Assembly (NCBI RefSeq): GCF_018350175.1
Contig: NC_058368.1
Span: 45,758,001-45,822,000 of the forward strand
Direction: 5' to 3'
Length of the DNA stretch: 64,000 nt
From: Felis catus
Taxonomy: Eukaryota
Positions 40,910 through 53,628 of the stretch are shown piece by piece. A program made the position numbers and the translations under genes. The first letter of the stretch is position 1; each line of letters begins with the position of its first letter. The notes beneath the pieces were generated by a model. The model made no database searches. It was not told where the DNA came from and saw only the letters and a list, made by a program, of their open reading frames with translations.

Positions 40910-41113
40910 TTCTTTAAAACAACAAAACAAACAATAAATTAATGATTTATTTTTGAGACAGAGAGAAGCAGAGCAGGAGCAGAGGAGGGGCAGAGAGAGA
41001 GGCAAACACAGAATCTGAAGCAGGCTCCAGGCTCACAGGGCTTGAACCCATGAATCTTGAGACCATGACCTGAGTAGAAGTTGGAAGCTTAACTAAGCCA
41101 CCCAGATGCCCCC
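40910..41113 (-). mobile_element. Can-SINE with short internal deletion
   Basis: TSD aacaagttt at 40901-40909 and 41114-41122. Lacks the gagctgtcagcacagagcc block seen in sister copies. Confidence 0.93.
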
Positions 41114-44100
41114 AACAAGTTTCACTTTTAATTTAGGACAATCAGAGCCTGCTTTTCCTGCCCACAAATCGGATCTTAACCAACTTAATCCTTCTCAGGA
41201 CTCACTAATTTTCCTCATTTATTTTGATTCTGCCAAATACATTTGTAAGCCTGGAAATTCAGATAAAGTAAACAAACAAAAAGGTTAACAGTAATTCCTC
41301 ATTCTGTGGGCTGACATGTGCTATACCATATTAACAGTTATGGGAAGCACAGTAACTCTTCTATCACTGGCTTTCTACTCGGTTGTACAGTTTCACACTA
41401 AAGAAGGCACTATTAGAAGGTTTTTTACTTGATTAACAATTATGGTTTATAAGAACTTAAACTGCTTCTATGCTTTGAGATAGGAAATTTTAAGAGTTAT
41501 AAATAGATCCTGGGAAACCACAATCTCTTTGGACCCATGTATACCTGTTGACATGAATATTTTACATATTATGCATGTACTTATTCTACAAATATGTAAT
41601 GCATTCTTATTAGAACCTTGAAAGACAACTCTGTAGCATCTGGTAAATTATATAGGTACATATTAAAGATTACTTCTATTTTTAAGAACCATATATAGGC
41701 CTATATCAAGGATATACATGGAAAAAGAACATACTGTGGAATCTAAAATCCTAGGGCTTGAGGAAAGAGATTATAGATGACAGAACTTGTTCTTTTTACT
41801 TCCACACAGTTACAATTTCTTTAAAATTGGAAAGAAAAAAAACATTGCTGACACAACTTTAAGTTTTCTAATTGATTATTCTTTTTAAAGTTCAGCCTGT
41901 TCTCTTAAAATTCGGTCTTAAATTTAAGATGGTGTAAGGGTTATGGCCAAGTTCTGAGATAATTTAACCAATGTGTTTGTTCGTTACAACCATTATATGT
42001 CAACAATTGCTGACCCTTTAATGTTGACTCTTATTTTGGGAAGCCTAAGCAGTGACAACAAGGCAAATACAACTGACTCAGCGACTCAACTGATGATCAG
42101 TCTTGTTTTTGTAACAGAACAAGCTTATGTCCCAATGCACAGCTATTCCAGAGTCCTATGTCTCCCTTTTTTGCCTCTACTATTCCTACTGTCATTTGCA
42201 TCCATTCAGATGGAGGAGAGAAAAGGCATGAGGTTGCACTGCCAATTCTTAAATATCCTAACCTAGAAATGGTACATACCATTCACTTTCACATTCTTCT
42301 CTAGAGATGCCCAGACCATACTGCAAAGGCAAAGGAACATGTTGTCCAGAAGTATGCCCTTTAAAGAGACTATACCTCTGGACAAGCGATTTTCAATCTC
42401 AGCCATATTAGATACACATTAAAAATGTTTTTCTTCAAATTTTTTAAGTTTGCTTTGAAAATAAAGATATTACAATAATCCTAGATTCATTACTGCAGGA
42501 CAATTTGAAGATGTGGCCGAATGTAATAAGGCTTAATGACAGAAGAATTAAACACATATCTATGACCTCTTTATATTCTGCTTTATACTTCACCCTTTCA
42601 GGGTGTGAAGAGTATTTTCTGCTCTTACTTGTTCAAAGGGTAATTATATCATTAATGTTCAATCTAATATGTATCTCTTATTAGCTAAGATGAAACAGTT
42701 ATTTTTGGTCATTGAGAAGACTAGGATGTATTGATTTCCTACAGTTGAAATGGCAAAACATTACCACAATATAGGGGAGAAAAATCAATCATGTATTTAT
42801 AACATGAAAAGTTGTATACTACATATGTATAGAGATATCAAAAAATGAGTGCAATCTTGCATTTTTAAATCTGAAACATCTTTCTTTTCCTGATGTGCTT
42901 CATACACCAAAATAGCGTTAAGTTTGTGAATGGAATGGCCCTCATTTATGTAATTTTACAAATATTTCCTTCGTGAGCACTTTAAAATTTACTTGATGGA
43001 TTAAAAAGGTAGCTGCAACAGATATTTCAAAAAGTGTTTAATTAGAAAACCACAACAGATATTATAGGCATTTAAGACTTGAGGCTTCATGCTGTATTCT
43101 ATTTGGTGCAGAGTATAGGCTTCCTGATTTATTGACAGCTGCTGTGGATGGTTCTTTATTTTCAACTCATCCCAACCCTGGTCAAACAATACAAGCCTCC
43201 TGCTTTTTTCAATATTTTCCTAATATCTCAGCTCATTTAATTCTATTGATCCACTGAAGAGTATAATGGCACTGAAACTAGAATTAATAGCACCTCCCTT
43301 TCCTAGTGCTAAGAGCTTTCCCATTGAGTCTGTGGACCATCACACGAAATCATAAAAGTAGACAAAAAAAGTAGAGTGACCTTTATCAGCTACTATTGTA
43401 CTGAAAAATTCAGCAAACCTCAGAACATCATTTTCAATTTTATGGCACTGTTTTCTTAAATAATAAGAGAAGGGGGAAAAAAAGGAACAACTGACCCCTG
43501 TTCAGCATTTACTTAAGCAGAATTGGCATTAATAGAGTATTCTGTCAAAAATTCAAGCTCAAGAAAATGTATGGCTTTGTCCACAGCAGCAGCTATCTTA
43601 GCAGATTGCACTGTCACTGCTTCACACAAAGCGCATTGCAACACCATTAGTGGACATAAATAATGCACAAGCTCTTATGCAGTACTCAGCTAAGTGCATG
43701 GAAACCTTGGGCTCCTGTTGTCAGAAATTCAATGGATTAGTACCTAGATTTATTTTAAGTCTGTAAAGCACTTTGTTCTTGACAGCGTTCAAAGTAGAAA
43801 GAGTGCTATCCTGAATGTGCATCTTAATACTGTCATTCTTGTCTTGTAAGAGTAGATGATATATGGGCTGCAATATTTCGTTTTAATATTTAAAGTTTTC
43901 ACTGTGCAGATGCAAAGAAATATATTAATACTTATCTGCTGTTACTTTATTGATCTGGAAGAGAACAAAGATAACCTGTAAAGTTTCACAGTGAGCCGAG
44001 TAAATTGCACGCATTACAATCACATTTAGTAAAACAGAAACACAAATTATAAACATCCTAGGTCATCTTTAGAAAATAAGCACATCTGTATATTTAATTC

Positions 44101-45896
44101 CTTCTTTCTAAACACTGTATATTTAAAATTACATTTAAGAAAATTTTAGTGCATTTTCATCTCATTAGTCATATTTACAATGATATGGTTCCTTCAACTC
44201 TGTAACAGTATTGCTTCTTTTTTGAAGGCTAAGTGATTTCACTGAATGAGAACTACATTAAATTTTTACTCCAAATTGTTTCCCCATAACTTCAGAGATT
44301 GAGGGCAGTTTCTGCCTTTAGATACATTTAGGCTTTAAGTCTGATAATCTCCCATGCATCGAAAGGATAAAAGACACTCTAGTATAGAGGAAGAACACTT
44401 TTCTATTGATATTGGGGATGTAACAAAAGAACAGAGATCTCCCACATGAAGGTCAATCTTTCTGAATTCTATGAAGACATAAAAGCTTATTTTAAAATAC
44501 TAACAGTTACCTTTCCACACAGCCTACATGGTCCATGAATTTTAATACAATTTGTTGAAATGTCACTCAATGAATTAACTACTCATTATCAAGCCCTAAG
44601 ATTTTAAAGTTAAATATGTAGCTAATGACTATTTATAATTATATACATTAAACACATTTATTAAGCTACATGCATGATGTCATGTCAGACAATTCATATT
44701 TGACCTTAATATAACTCTTTCGTTAACATTTGAGTTTTTTTAAACACCAGTTTCCCAGGATTATGAACACTTATTCTACTTATAAAGTTTATTGTTGAAT
44801 AAAATGGAGAGGGGTTTATGTTCCATTATTTCAGAAGATAATCCAATCGTACTATTGAGAGCATTGTGATTTGATGCTCATAAAGACAATATGGAAAACA
44901 AAAGGCCAAGACTATGTTTCAAGATGAATTGAATAGATCCTTAAATGGAAATATCCTGTTTTTAAGAAAAAGGGACTTAAAGAATTTTATATTGAGGAGC
45001 TAAAAACATTCAACCTAGTGAATTATTTTACTCCAGTGCAGCTTACATAAAGTTCAAAGACCACCAAATAATTTGCATATTCTCATCAATAGGTGGCGCT
45101 TTTCCCCTTTCTCACGGTTCTGATCACAGAATTCTGGTAGAGTTTAACTTTTTATCAAGTGTTATGAATTATCAATATTACCTACAAAATACTAAATACT
45201 CCAAATAGTTTAACATTAGTTTTTTTTTTATTTTTTTTTACAAGCTTTTAAGGATTTACATTATTTCAGGCTTTTAAAAATGGTCTTCTAAGGCATCAAA
45301 CTTTGCTACCAACAATTATACCTAAAGAGAGAGAAATCTTATTGTTTTACTCATAAGACATTCATAGATTGTCCCTCAGTTTCTTACTGTTTAAATTATT
45401 CCCTACATGTCTGAATAGAAAACTTCCGCAAGGTAGCATTATGGTATACCTGAAATATAGGGCCTCTAAAAATATCGCTATCATGATAAATGTAGGTTAT
45501 GATTTAGGATATTTGTTAAAAAGAAACCTTATAAAATGAACCTTGAATATGTAGCAAATATTAATTGTAAGCAGAAACTTTCAGGGAAAGATACACTTTA
45601 AGAAACATCCTTAGATGGTGGAAAGAAATCAAGTTCTTAAATAAACTGGGTCTTAAACTAAACCTGAGGATCACAGGCCATCTAAAATGGTCAGTGGTAG
45701 AGGATAAATTTTTACAATTTGAAACAGATTTGTAAAAATATTTTTCAGAAAATCTATAAATGCACACTAAAAATATAGGTCTATGAAATGTTTTCCTTTC
45801 AATAAAAGGGTATTTGAAGATGATCGCCAAGTGACAGATGGGTTTAAAATGGCTTATGAGGAACATGATCACTTCTTGATTAAAGTAACATTCATG

Positions 45897-45918
45897 CTTT
45901 AATTTTTAATATCTATTT

Positions 45919-45950
<32 letters not shown>

Positions 45951-46128
45951 AAGGTAAGAGTTGGAGCAAGGGAGGGACAAACACAGGGAGACACAGAATC
46001 TGAAGTCAGGCTTCAGGCTCCAAGAGCTGTCAGCATAGAGCCTGATGTGGGGCTCGAACCCAGGAACTGCAAGATCTTGACCTGAGCTGAAGTCTAAGGC
46101 TTAACTGACTAAGCCACCCAGGCGCCCC
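45897..46128 (-). mobile_element. Can-SINE
   Basis: TSD aacattcatg at 45887-45896 and 46129-46138. Ends aagccacccaggcgcccc. Confidence 0.96.
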
Positions 46129-46194
46129 AACATTCATGTTTAAAAAATAATTATACCTTGATTAATAACCAGTATTTGAGTGACAAAGGCATTA

Positions 46195-46408
46195 TTTTTT
46201 TTAATTATTTTTTTACATTTATTAATTTTTGAGAGAGAGCACAAGTGTGGGAGGGGCAGAGAGAGAGAGGGAGACACAGAATTCCAAGCAGGCTCCAGGC
46301 TCTGAGCTGTCAGCACAGAACCCCATGCCGGGTGCGAACCCACAAATTGTGAGATGATGACCTGAGCCGAAGTCGGACGCTTAACCCATGGAGCCACCCA
46401 GGCGCCCC
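46195..46408 (-). mobile_element. Can-SINE (SINEC_Fc-like, relatively young)
   Basis: TSD aaggcatta at 46186-46194 and 46409-46417. Retains several CpGs. Confidence 0.96.
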
Positions 46409-48599
46409 AAGGCATTAGATATTCTAAACGCATAATTATAACACCTAGACTTTTCATTCCTATATTCATATATCTGTTATTTCATTCATTTGTCTTCACT
46501 ACTTTTTCTTCAGTTCAGTGGTAGTACTTGTTTTGATAGATTTAGATAAGAAACTATTAACCTTACAAAATACTTTGACAAATATATAGCCAGTCAGAAA
46601 GGGGATGTAGATCCTCTATTCTCAATAATCTCCACTTTTTATATCATTAAGCTAGATAATTTAGATGAATTGTAGAACAAAATGTGAAACCTCACTATCC
46701 CACAGTGTGACCCTACTCCTCTAACTATAGCAAAAAGAAACCTTTTACAACTAAGTTTTACCAGATTAAAGTTTTTTTCTTCCAAAGAAATACTATTCTA
46801 TAAGTGACTTTTGAGAAGTTCAGTGGTAGTCCCTTGTGGAGCAGGACTGCTCACAGAACCTTTTGAGCTCTGTGAATGAGGATCCAACCACTTCCCTACC
46901 ACTCAAAAAATAACAATTTGGGTTAATCTAGAATTCTCTTAATAGATCTTCCATTTCATCACCTCTTTCCTTCTCAAGGTAGAATTAGGTAATTCTAAAT
47001 TCTGAAGAACTTTATGTTTCCTTTGTTCTAGAAATTAAAGGCTTTTCTAGAAGTTACATTCTAGAATTAAAGTTATTTTATGGTAATGATATAGGATGTG
47101 TTGATAGGAGGTACAAGGCACTACTTTTTAAGTATCTTAAGTTTCCTGTACTTTGAAGCTCTTGGGAGAACACATTATGTCATAGAGCAAAACTTTGGAA
47201 GGTTTATACATAAGCTATACTTTAAACAGCATTGCTCTTTGTGTAATTCTGGGTTGTGCTCATACAGAGCCTGACGTTAGGTAATAGTATGTGATATATC
47301 AAGTAAAAATTCTATACTCTACAAATTTAAAAGGATCACTGCAACTCTGATAAATGTCAAATATAAATAGTACTATGCTTAAACAGTCTTGAAGAGACAA
47401 AAACTGATATGACAGGCACAGCCCTGCATTATCAAGACAGCAGTGATAAAGTACAACACTTAAGTGGTTTTACTAACAGTTTAAGAGTTCTGGCAGAGTA
47501 TAGCCTGGGTATAATGAGGCTTCTAAATGTTCACCTCATAGAACTTGCATTTGAAGAGATAAAGTACTTTACAAACTATTTGGTTAATCTTTACAATATC
47601 TCTGAAGAATTATGAACACCAACAGATTACAGAGTGACAGCACTGAAATATTCAATCAATTGCCAAGCATCTAAAAGGGAGCCTTGAAGATTCTTCTTAC
47701 AATGAAGTTTTTTGTTTGCTTTTAAATACCAATCCTCTAAGACCACGTTAATGTGTTAAACCCTATAAAGAATCAACATGCTGTGATTTGTTGGGTAGAA
47801 CGAAAAGGAGAAAAGGCCTGGAATCTCAGTGTTTTGAATTTAATAGGTTAAATCAATAATCTCAACGCCATATTATGTGAATCTACAAAAGCAGATTTTC
47901 AAAAAAAAAAAAATGGCATTGTGTACAACTGTGACTTTTAGATGCCTACACTATAGTCTACATTAATACCAGATAAGAATTTCAATCTTGCAGCAAATTA
48001 GTCTAATCATGTTATTAAATATCCCATTCAAGTCATTTCAGAGGCATATGGTTTGCATTGTATTATTAACAGCTCCTCAAAGGGCAGACAGCATCATCAT
48101 CAATAGTTATTGATCACTTACTGTGTATTATTTGAGTTTTTGAAAGATCATAATGTTTCCAATTTGTTAAGCTAATCTTTTCTAGAATGTTTTCATGTTG
48201 ACAAACCAAACTCATAACTATACATATGTCACAAATACTTTCAGTCCCCTGGACTAATAGAAGAACCATTTTAACAAATTTAAAGAATTATTCAATTGTG
48301 TATAATGGTGAATAAAAAAAAAAGCATAGAAGTGGTCAAGAACAAATACCTGTCAAGTTCTAACTTAGTAATTCTCCCACTTCTGTCTACCCAGACCCAT
48401 ACAATTAAGAAGCATAATTTATTCTATTCTGAGCTAGGTTTTGCTTCTACCAACTCTTGCATCTCCAATACCCAATACTCCAAAACTCTGCTCTGAGCAG
48501 GATGACCATGTATAGTTGTACATTTTTTATTGAACTCTACAGCAAGCCATTCACTTTGCAGTCTATGAGGACATATACTGCACAGCCCTAGGTGGTGCC

Positions 48600-48950
48600 A
48601 AACTGCACAACTGCACACAGCAGCCTTGTACCCACATCAACATCCTCCCATTAGCACTCCTGCAGTAGCCCCCTATTTCGTCTTCTCTCATTAAGCTCCT
48701 TCCCCAATCATTGTCCACACTGTAGTGAAAGTGATCCTTTAAGAGCATAGAGTACATTGTATTTTCCTATTCAAAATCCTTAAATGGTTTTCCATTTCAT
48801 TTCAAATACAAAGTCCCTTTCTTTTCATTTACTATCTTTCCACCTTAAGTTTACTTTCTCTGGTTAACTTTTAAATCCAGAAGAACTCAATTCAAATGCC
48901 CCCTCACCAAAGCAGTACTATTAGACCATTCATTTTAAATTAGGAACTCT
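48600..48950 (+). mobile_element. L2 remnant
   Basis: gtccacactgtagtgaaagtgatcctttaag...tattcaaaatccttaaatggttttccatttc...atacaaagtcc is typical of the L2 3' region. Confidence 0.6.
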
Positions 48951-48951
48951 A

Positions 48952-49145
48952 GGGGCACCTGGGTGGCTCACTTGGTTGAGCATTCAACCTCGGCTCAGGT
49001 CATGATCTCACGGTTTGTGGGTTCAAGCCCCACGTTGGGCTCTGTGCTGACAACTTGCTTAGAACCTGGAGCCTGCTTCAGAGTCTGTGTCTCCTTTTCT
49101 CTCTGCCACCACCCCCCTCACTCACCCTCTGTTAAATAAATAGAG
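48952..49145 (+). mobile_element. Can-SINE
   Basis: Head ggggcacctgggtggctcacttggttgagc; body gggctctgtgctgaca. Confidence 0.94.
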
Positions 49146-49389
49146 AAATAAATCTCTATTCCCTTCTCTCCAGTTATTTTATATCTCAACTATTTTTGTT
49201 GTGTCACTTGCTATAATTAACAATTAGTCTTAGACCCCAAAAATAAATGAATATAATTTTGTACACACTATTTGTACACAGCAAACAGTAATACAATGAG
49301 TTATCAATGTTATTCTCTGGATAAGTAAAAGTTGAGCCCATAGTGGAAATCACTCCATTACTGTTAATGAAACTCTTAATTGTGTAGTC

Positions 49390-49600
49390 CATCAAGGCTT
49401 ACAGAGTGCTTTTGCATTAATTTCTTCTGTAAGTTTCTACATTTTATGCATGGAACACAGAAAATGTTCTTATACTCATTTTACAGATTATGAAATTAAG
49501 ATTCAATAATGCCAATTTCCTGCCCAAAGTCAGACAAGAAAACTGAGTTGTGACTTGAACTTGGGACTTTTGAACCCATTATCTAGGTATCTTCCTATCA
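49390..49600 (-). mobile_element. MIR remnant
   Basis: ctcattttacagattatgaaattaagattca...cctgcccaaagtca...gacttgaac. Confidence 0.6.
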
Positions 49601-49974
49601 TAGTTATATTAAAGTTCTAAGCAGCAAAACTGTGGATTCCTTTGAATGGCCACACTAAGATACAGAAGCAGCACAGCATGGAATGTTCAGCCTAAAAGTA
49701 ATGCATTAGTGCTGTTATGAAGCATGCAACACTACCAGTCTTACAAAATATAGATTACATTGTAATAAACCTTGAATTTAGTACTGAATTTGGACAAGTT
49801 TTTGAAAAGTGACTTTAAGAATTCATTTCTCAGTTGTTGAAGTAGTCTTCATACCAATATAACTCAACAGTAATATACGTAATATAAGAAGTGCATATAG
49901 CATACTCTGCCAATTAATCTCATTTAAAACAGTTGTGTCTTTAATACCTGTCAAAAGCTTAGTTGAGACTTTTT

Positions 49975-50195
49975 AAAATCTTTGAGAAAGAGAGCGAGCG
50001 AGCCCATGCAAGTGAGCAAGCAAGCAGGGCAGTAAGAGACAGAGACAGAGACAGAGACAGAGAGAAAATCTCAAGCAGACTCTAGGCTCCAAGCTGTCAG
50101 CAGAAAGCCCGATGTGGGGCTTGAACTCATGAACCGCAAGATCATGACCTGAGCCAAAGTCAGACACTTAATTGACTGAGCTACCTAGGCGCCCC
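49975..50195 (-). mobile_element. Can-SINE
   Basis: Ends gagctacctaggcgcccc. TSD agactttt on both sides. Confidence 0.95.
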
Positions 50196-50323
50196 AAGAC
50201 TTTTTTTCCTTTTCGATCAATTACACCTGAGAATCCAATGTGTCCAATTTACTATTCATATTTATATTCTATTTTCTCATCACAAACATTCAGTATTTGT
50301 CAGAAATATAAATGAAAATTCTT

Positions 50324-50519
50324 GGGGCGCCTGGGTGGCTCAGTTGGTTAAGCATCTGACTTCAGCTCAGGTAATGATCTCATGGCCGGTGGGTTCGAGC
50401 CCTACTCGTTGGGCTCTGTGCCGACAGCTCGGAGCCTGGAGCCTGCTTCAGATTCTGTCTCCCTCTCTCTCTGCCCTTCCCCTGTTCATGCTCTGTCTCC
50501 ATCTGAAAAATAAATAATT

Positions 50520-50550
<31 letters not shown>
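50324..50550 (+). mobile_element. Can-SINE with (AT)n tail
   Basis: Perfect 17-bp TSD atataaatgaaaattct at 50306-50322 and 50551-50567. Confidence 0.97.
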
Positions 50551-50553
<3 letters not shown>

Positions 50554-50728
50554 TAAATGAAAATTCTATTAGTTTGACCAAACATTTGTGTATGTAATGC
50601 ATGCATACAAAAATAAGCAGAAAAAAAAATTTTGAAAAAAATCCACATGGGAAAATAATAAAGTAAAATCAAATACATTATAGCCCAAATCTGTCACATA
50701 GTGTACTTTAAAAAAAAAATCTTTATAC

Positions 50729-50912
50729 TGGCACCTGGGTGGCTCAGTTAAGCATAGGACTCTTGATCTCAGCTCAGGTCATGATCTCACTGAGTTTGAG
50801 CTCTGTGTCAGGCTCTACACTGGCAGAATGGAGCCTACTTAGGATGCTCTCTTACCCTCTCTTCCCTCTGCCCCTCCCACGTGTGCTCTCTCTCAAATTA
50901 GAAAAAAAAAAT
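50729..50912 (+). mobile_element. Can-SINE (older subfamily)
   Basis: ggcacctgggtggctcagttaagc...ctcttgatctcagctcaggtcatgatctc, with A tail. Confidence 0.92.
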
Positions 50913-50944
50913 TAATATGAGCACAAGATTTTGGGTTCTCATTA

Positions 50945-51525
50945 AAGCCAGCAACCCAAATTTTGGGCCCTTGTGCAAAATAAATATGTCTGACTCCTTG
51001 TTTAAAAGTTGTCATTAAGATGTATACACAAAACTTGTTTCCTTATTGTGTCCCTCACTCCTCTCCCATTTCCTCCTTCTTTCAACTTATTTTTATTTCC
51101 TATTTAATATGGTTTTAAGAACTAAATTTAAATAGACATGGATTTTTACCTTTTGTCTTTATAGTGTCCAGTGACAGTTTTAAAGGGAAATATCAGTATT
51201 TCACTCATATGCAGAATTACTAACATGACCCAATTCTTATTTCTTTGGGCCCACTGCTAGAGGGTGCCTCAAGCTGGGCAAAAGAGACAAACCACACTCA
51301 GGATGATGAAAGGAGAAACAGGTATACCCCCTTGCCTCCACCCCTGAGAGGCCAAAAGAGATGGGGTGTACTTGAGCCAAGGCTCCAACCCCTCAACCTG
51401 TCCATACCCCACTGTCCCACTTTACTCCAAGTAAAAATTCAAAAATAAGATTTCTCAAGTTATGTCTTGAAATACCTAAATAATCATTGTGACAGACTGT
51501 GATAATTTAATGCCCATGAAGTAAC
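50945..51525. mobile_element. hAT-Tip100 DNA transposon remnant (MER45-family-like)
   Basis: gggcccttgtgcaaaataaatatg...ccttgtttaaaa, cagttttaaagggaaatatcagtatttcactcatatgcagaat, and terminal gcccatgaag. Confidence 0.55.
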
Positions 51526-52680
51526 TTTTATTCTTATTACATTTGGCCAATATTCTAGACACACCTATCCCAACAGAGCCAAAAATACATATTCTAACAG
51601 AGAGGTTTAGTAATTGGCTCAATGTCTCACAAGTGGTTAATAATCTTCTCAGAATTTTCACCTCAAGTAATGTTTTTGAATTCCATCTGATTCAGCCTAG
51701 AGGTCTATTTTTTCTACCTGCAGTGTAATACATGTGCCCACACATACACATTATGTATATACAGGTGTGCGTGTATATATACATTCATGCCCTGTCTCAA
51801 GTAAATTTAGGTACAGATTTGAATATATGTCTATAAATATACAGATAGGTGTATGTTTACATACACACACATTTAAACAAATAAATACACACAAAATGAA
51901 TGTAATGAATTTGTTTGGTAGTTTCACAGTCCGTTGTAAGTTTACTCTTGTAAATACTCTTGTAAGTAAATCTTGTAAAATGAAATATTCTTTAGAAGTC
52001 AAGATGAGTCTTTGCCTTAAGAGAAACTAATTTTAAAGTTTTGTCAACGTTCATACTTTTCTATTGCAACTAGATGACTTAATTTAAAATTCTAAAGACT
52101 TAAAAATTTAAGCTCCTGTCATCTTTCTTTCTAATATTACATAACATTCACATGGTTATATTTGAAGGTATGGTCAAATTTGGACATGCATAAATTCATA
52201 CCTTTAAAAATATAACTAAATCTTAAATTTATAAAACATATACTCGTTTTATAAATTTAAAATTTCAAACATACCCATATGGAAATATACCTCTTTTAGT
52301 TATGATATTTAGAACAGATAAATTCATTGATACCATTTTTAACAACTTAGGCAGGAACAAGAATCAAAACTTCAAATGAAACAATGACTTGAAATGTAAG
52401 AACTAAAATTTGCATTGTATTTATAATGTATGCTTGGAAATTTGTGACACTAGAAAATTCATTCATTTGGATGGAATTAAAATAGTAGCTCTAGTATACC
52501 AATGGACTTTCATAATAGCTGAAGGTAAAATATGAACAGATTTCATATTTTTGTAAATAAAAATATAACCACCCACCATGTAGCCTTTGCTTTGCTACAT
52601 TTTACCATAATCCACCAAAAGTCCCCTGACATGGACTTGTTCTGTTGAAGTTCTCAGTTAAGGGTAAGGTTTATTCTTGT

Positions 52681-52682
<2 letters not shown>

Positions 52683-52732
<50 letters not shown>
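52683..52732. repeat. (GT)25 microsatellite
   Basis: Read directly. Confidence 0.97.
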
Positions 52733-52736
<4 letters not shown>

Positions 52737-53256
52737 ACACACGTGCACACACACCTACAAGGTGGTGGTTGGGAGAACTAATGAAATTCAGTCTTGTACT
52801 GCACAACATATCCAAGGATCAGTGTTATTCCTACATTACAATACACACTGTCATGTCTAATTGCTTAATTATATTCTGACAGAATAGAATGTAGAAAGGG
52901 ACAAGACCTGTTCAGTACATTACCACTAATGTCAGCAGTCTTGTTTAGAAGTTAACATCTTTCAATTCTGCAAGAATGAAATGTGTTCTACCTATAAAGA
53001 GTAAAAAAAATGTTTAATGCAATTTGTGTACAGATATGTGGAGCTGATTTAAGACATTTTTGTCAATGGGAAAAAAACCCAATAATTTTAGTTCTATCTT
53101 TCAAGAAGGGAAAACAAAGCCAGGAGTTTCAAGCTAAGCAAAATAACTTTGTCATGTCCATGTTTCAATTCTTAAAATGGAAACAAGAGCATAATGCTTA
53201 AAAACTGTACTCAAGTATCTTGAGGACATATTTGAAAACCAAGGATAGGATGCTAA

Positions 53257-53259
<3 letters not shown>

Positions 53260-53287
<28 letters not shown>
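53260..53287 (+). repeat. A28 homopolymer
   Basis: Read directly; aaagcaa on both sides. Confidence 0.9.
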
Positions 53288-53292
<5 letters not shown>

Positions 53293-53628
53293 CAGCTCAT
53301 TTGGGAGGAGTGTCATTAAGTTACTTGGGAAGTATTACTTTTTAAAATACTTTGACATTCTATTCACTTTTTAAACTATTAAAATGATGCATACATTGAA
53401 AATCTTTTTCTCCCCCCTTGGACTTGTGAAAAGTCCATCAGCCATGACATTCACCTCACCAGTTGGCATATTCACCTGTTTTGACTGAAAGTAACTTTTG
53501 TCATTTGCTCTCTGGCCTTTGCAACTTTATTCTGTCTTGATTTTCCAATTATCTTGACTATTGGGATCAAAAGTAGTTTCAAAGAAGAAACATTTATAAT
53601 CTTTTGCAAACACTTTAAAGTCACTTGA

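Noticed and set aside
48582..48599. CTCF-like gccctaggtggtgc
   Set aside because: Mismatches at key core positions, and it lies at the edge of an L2 remnant.
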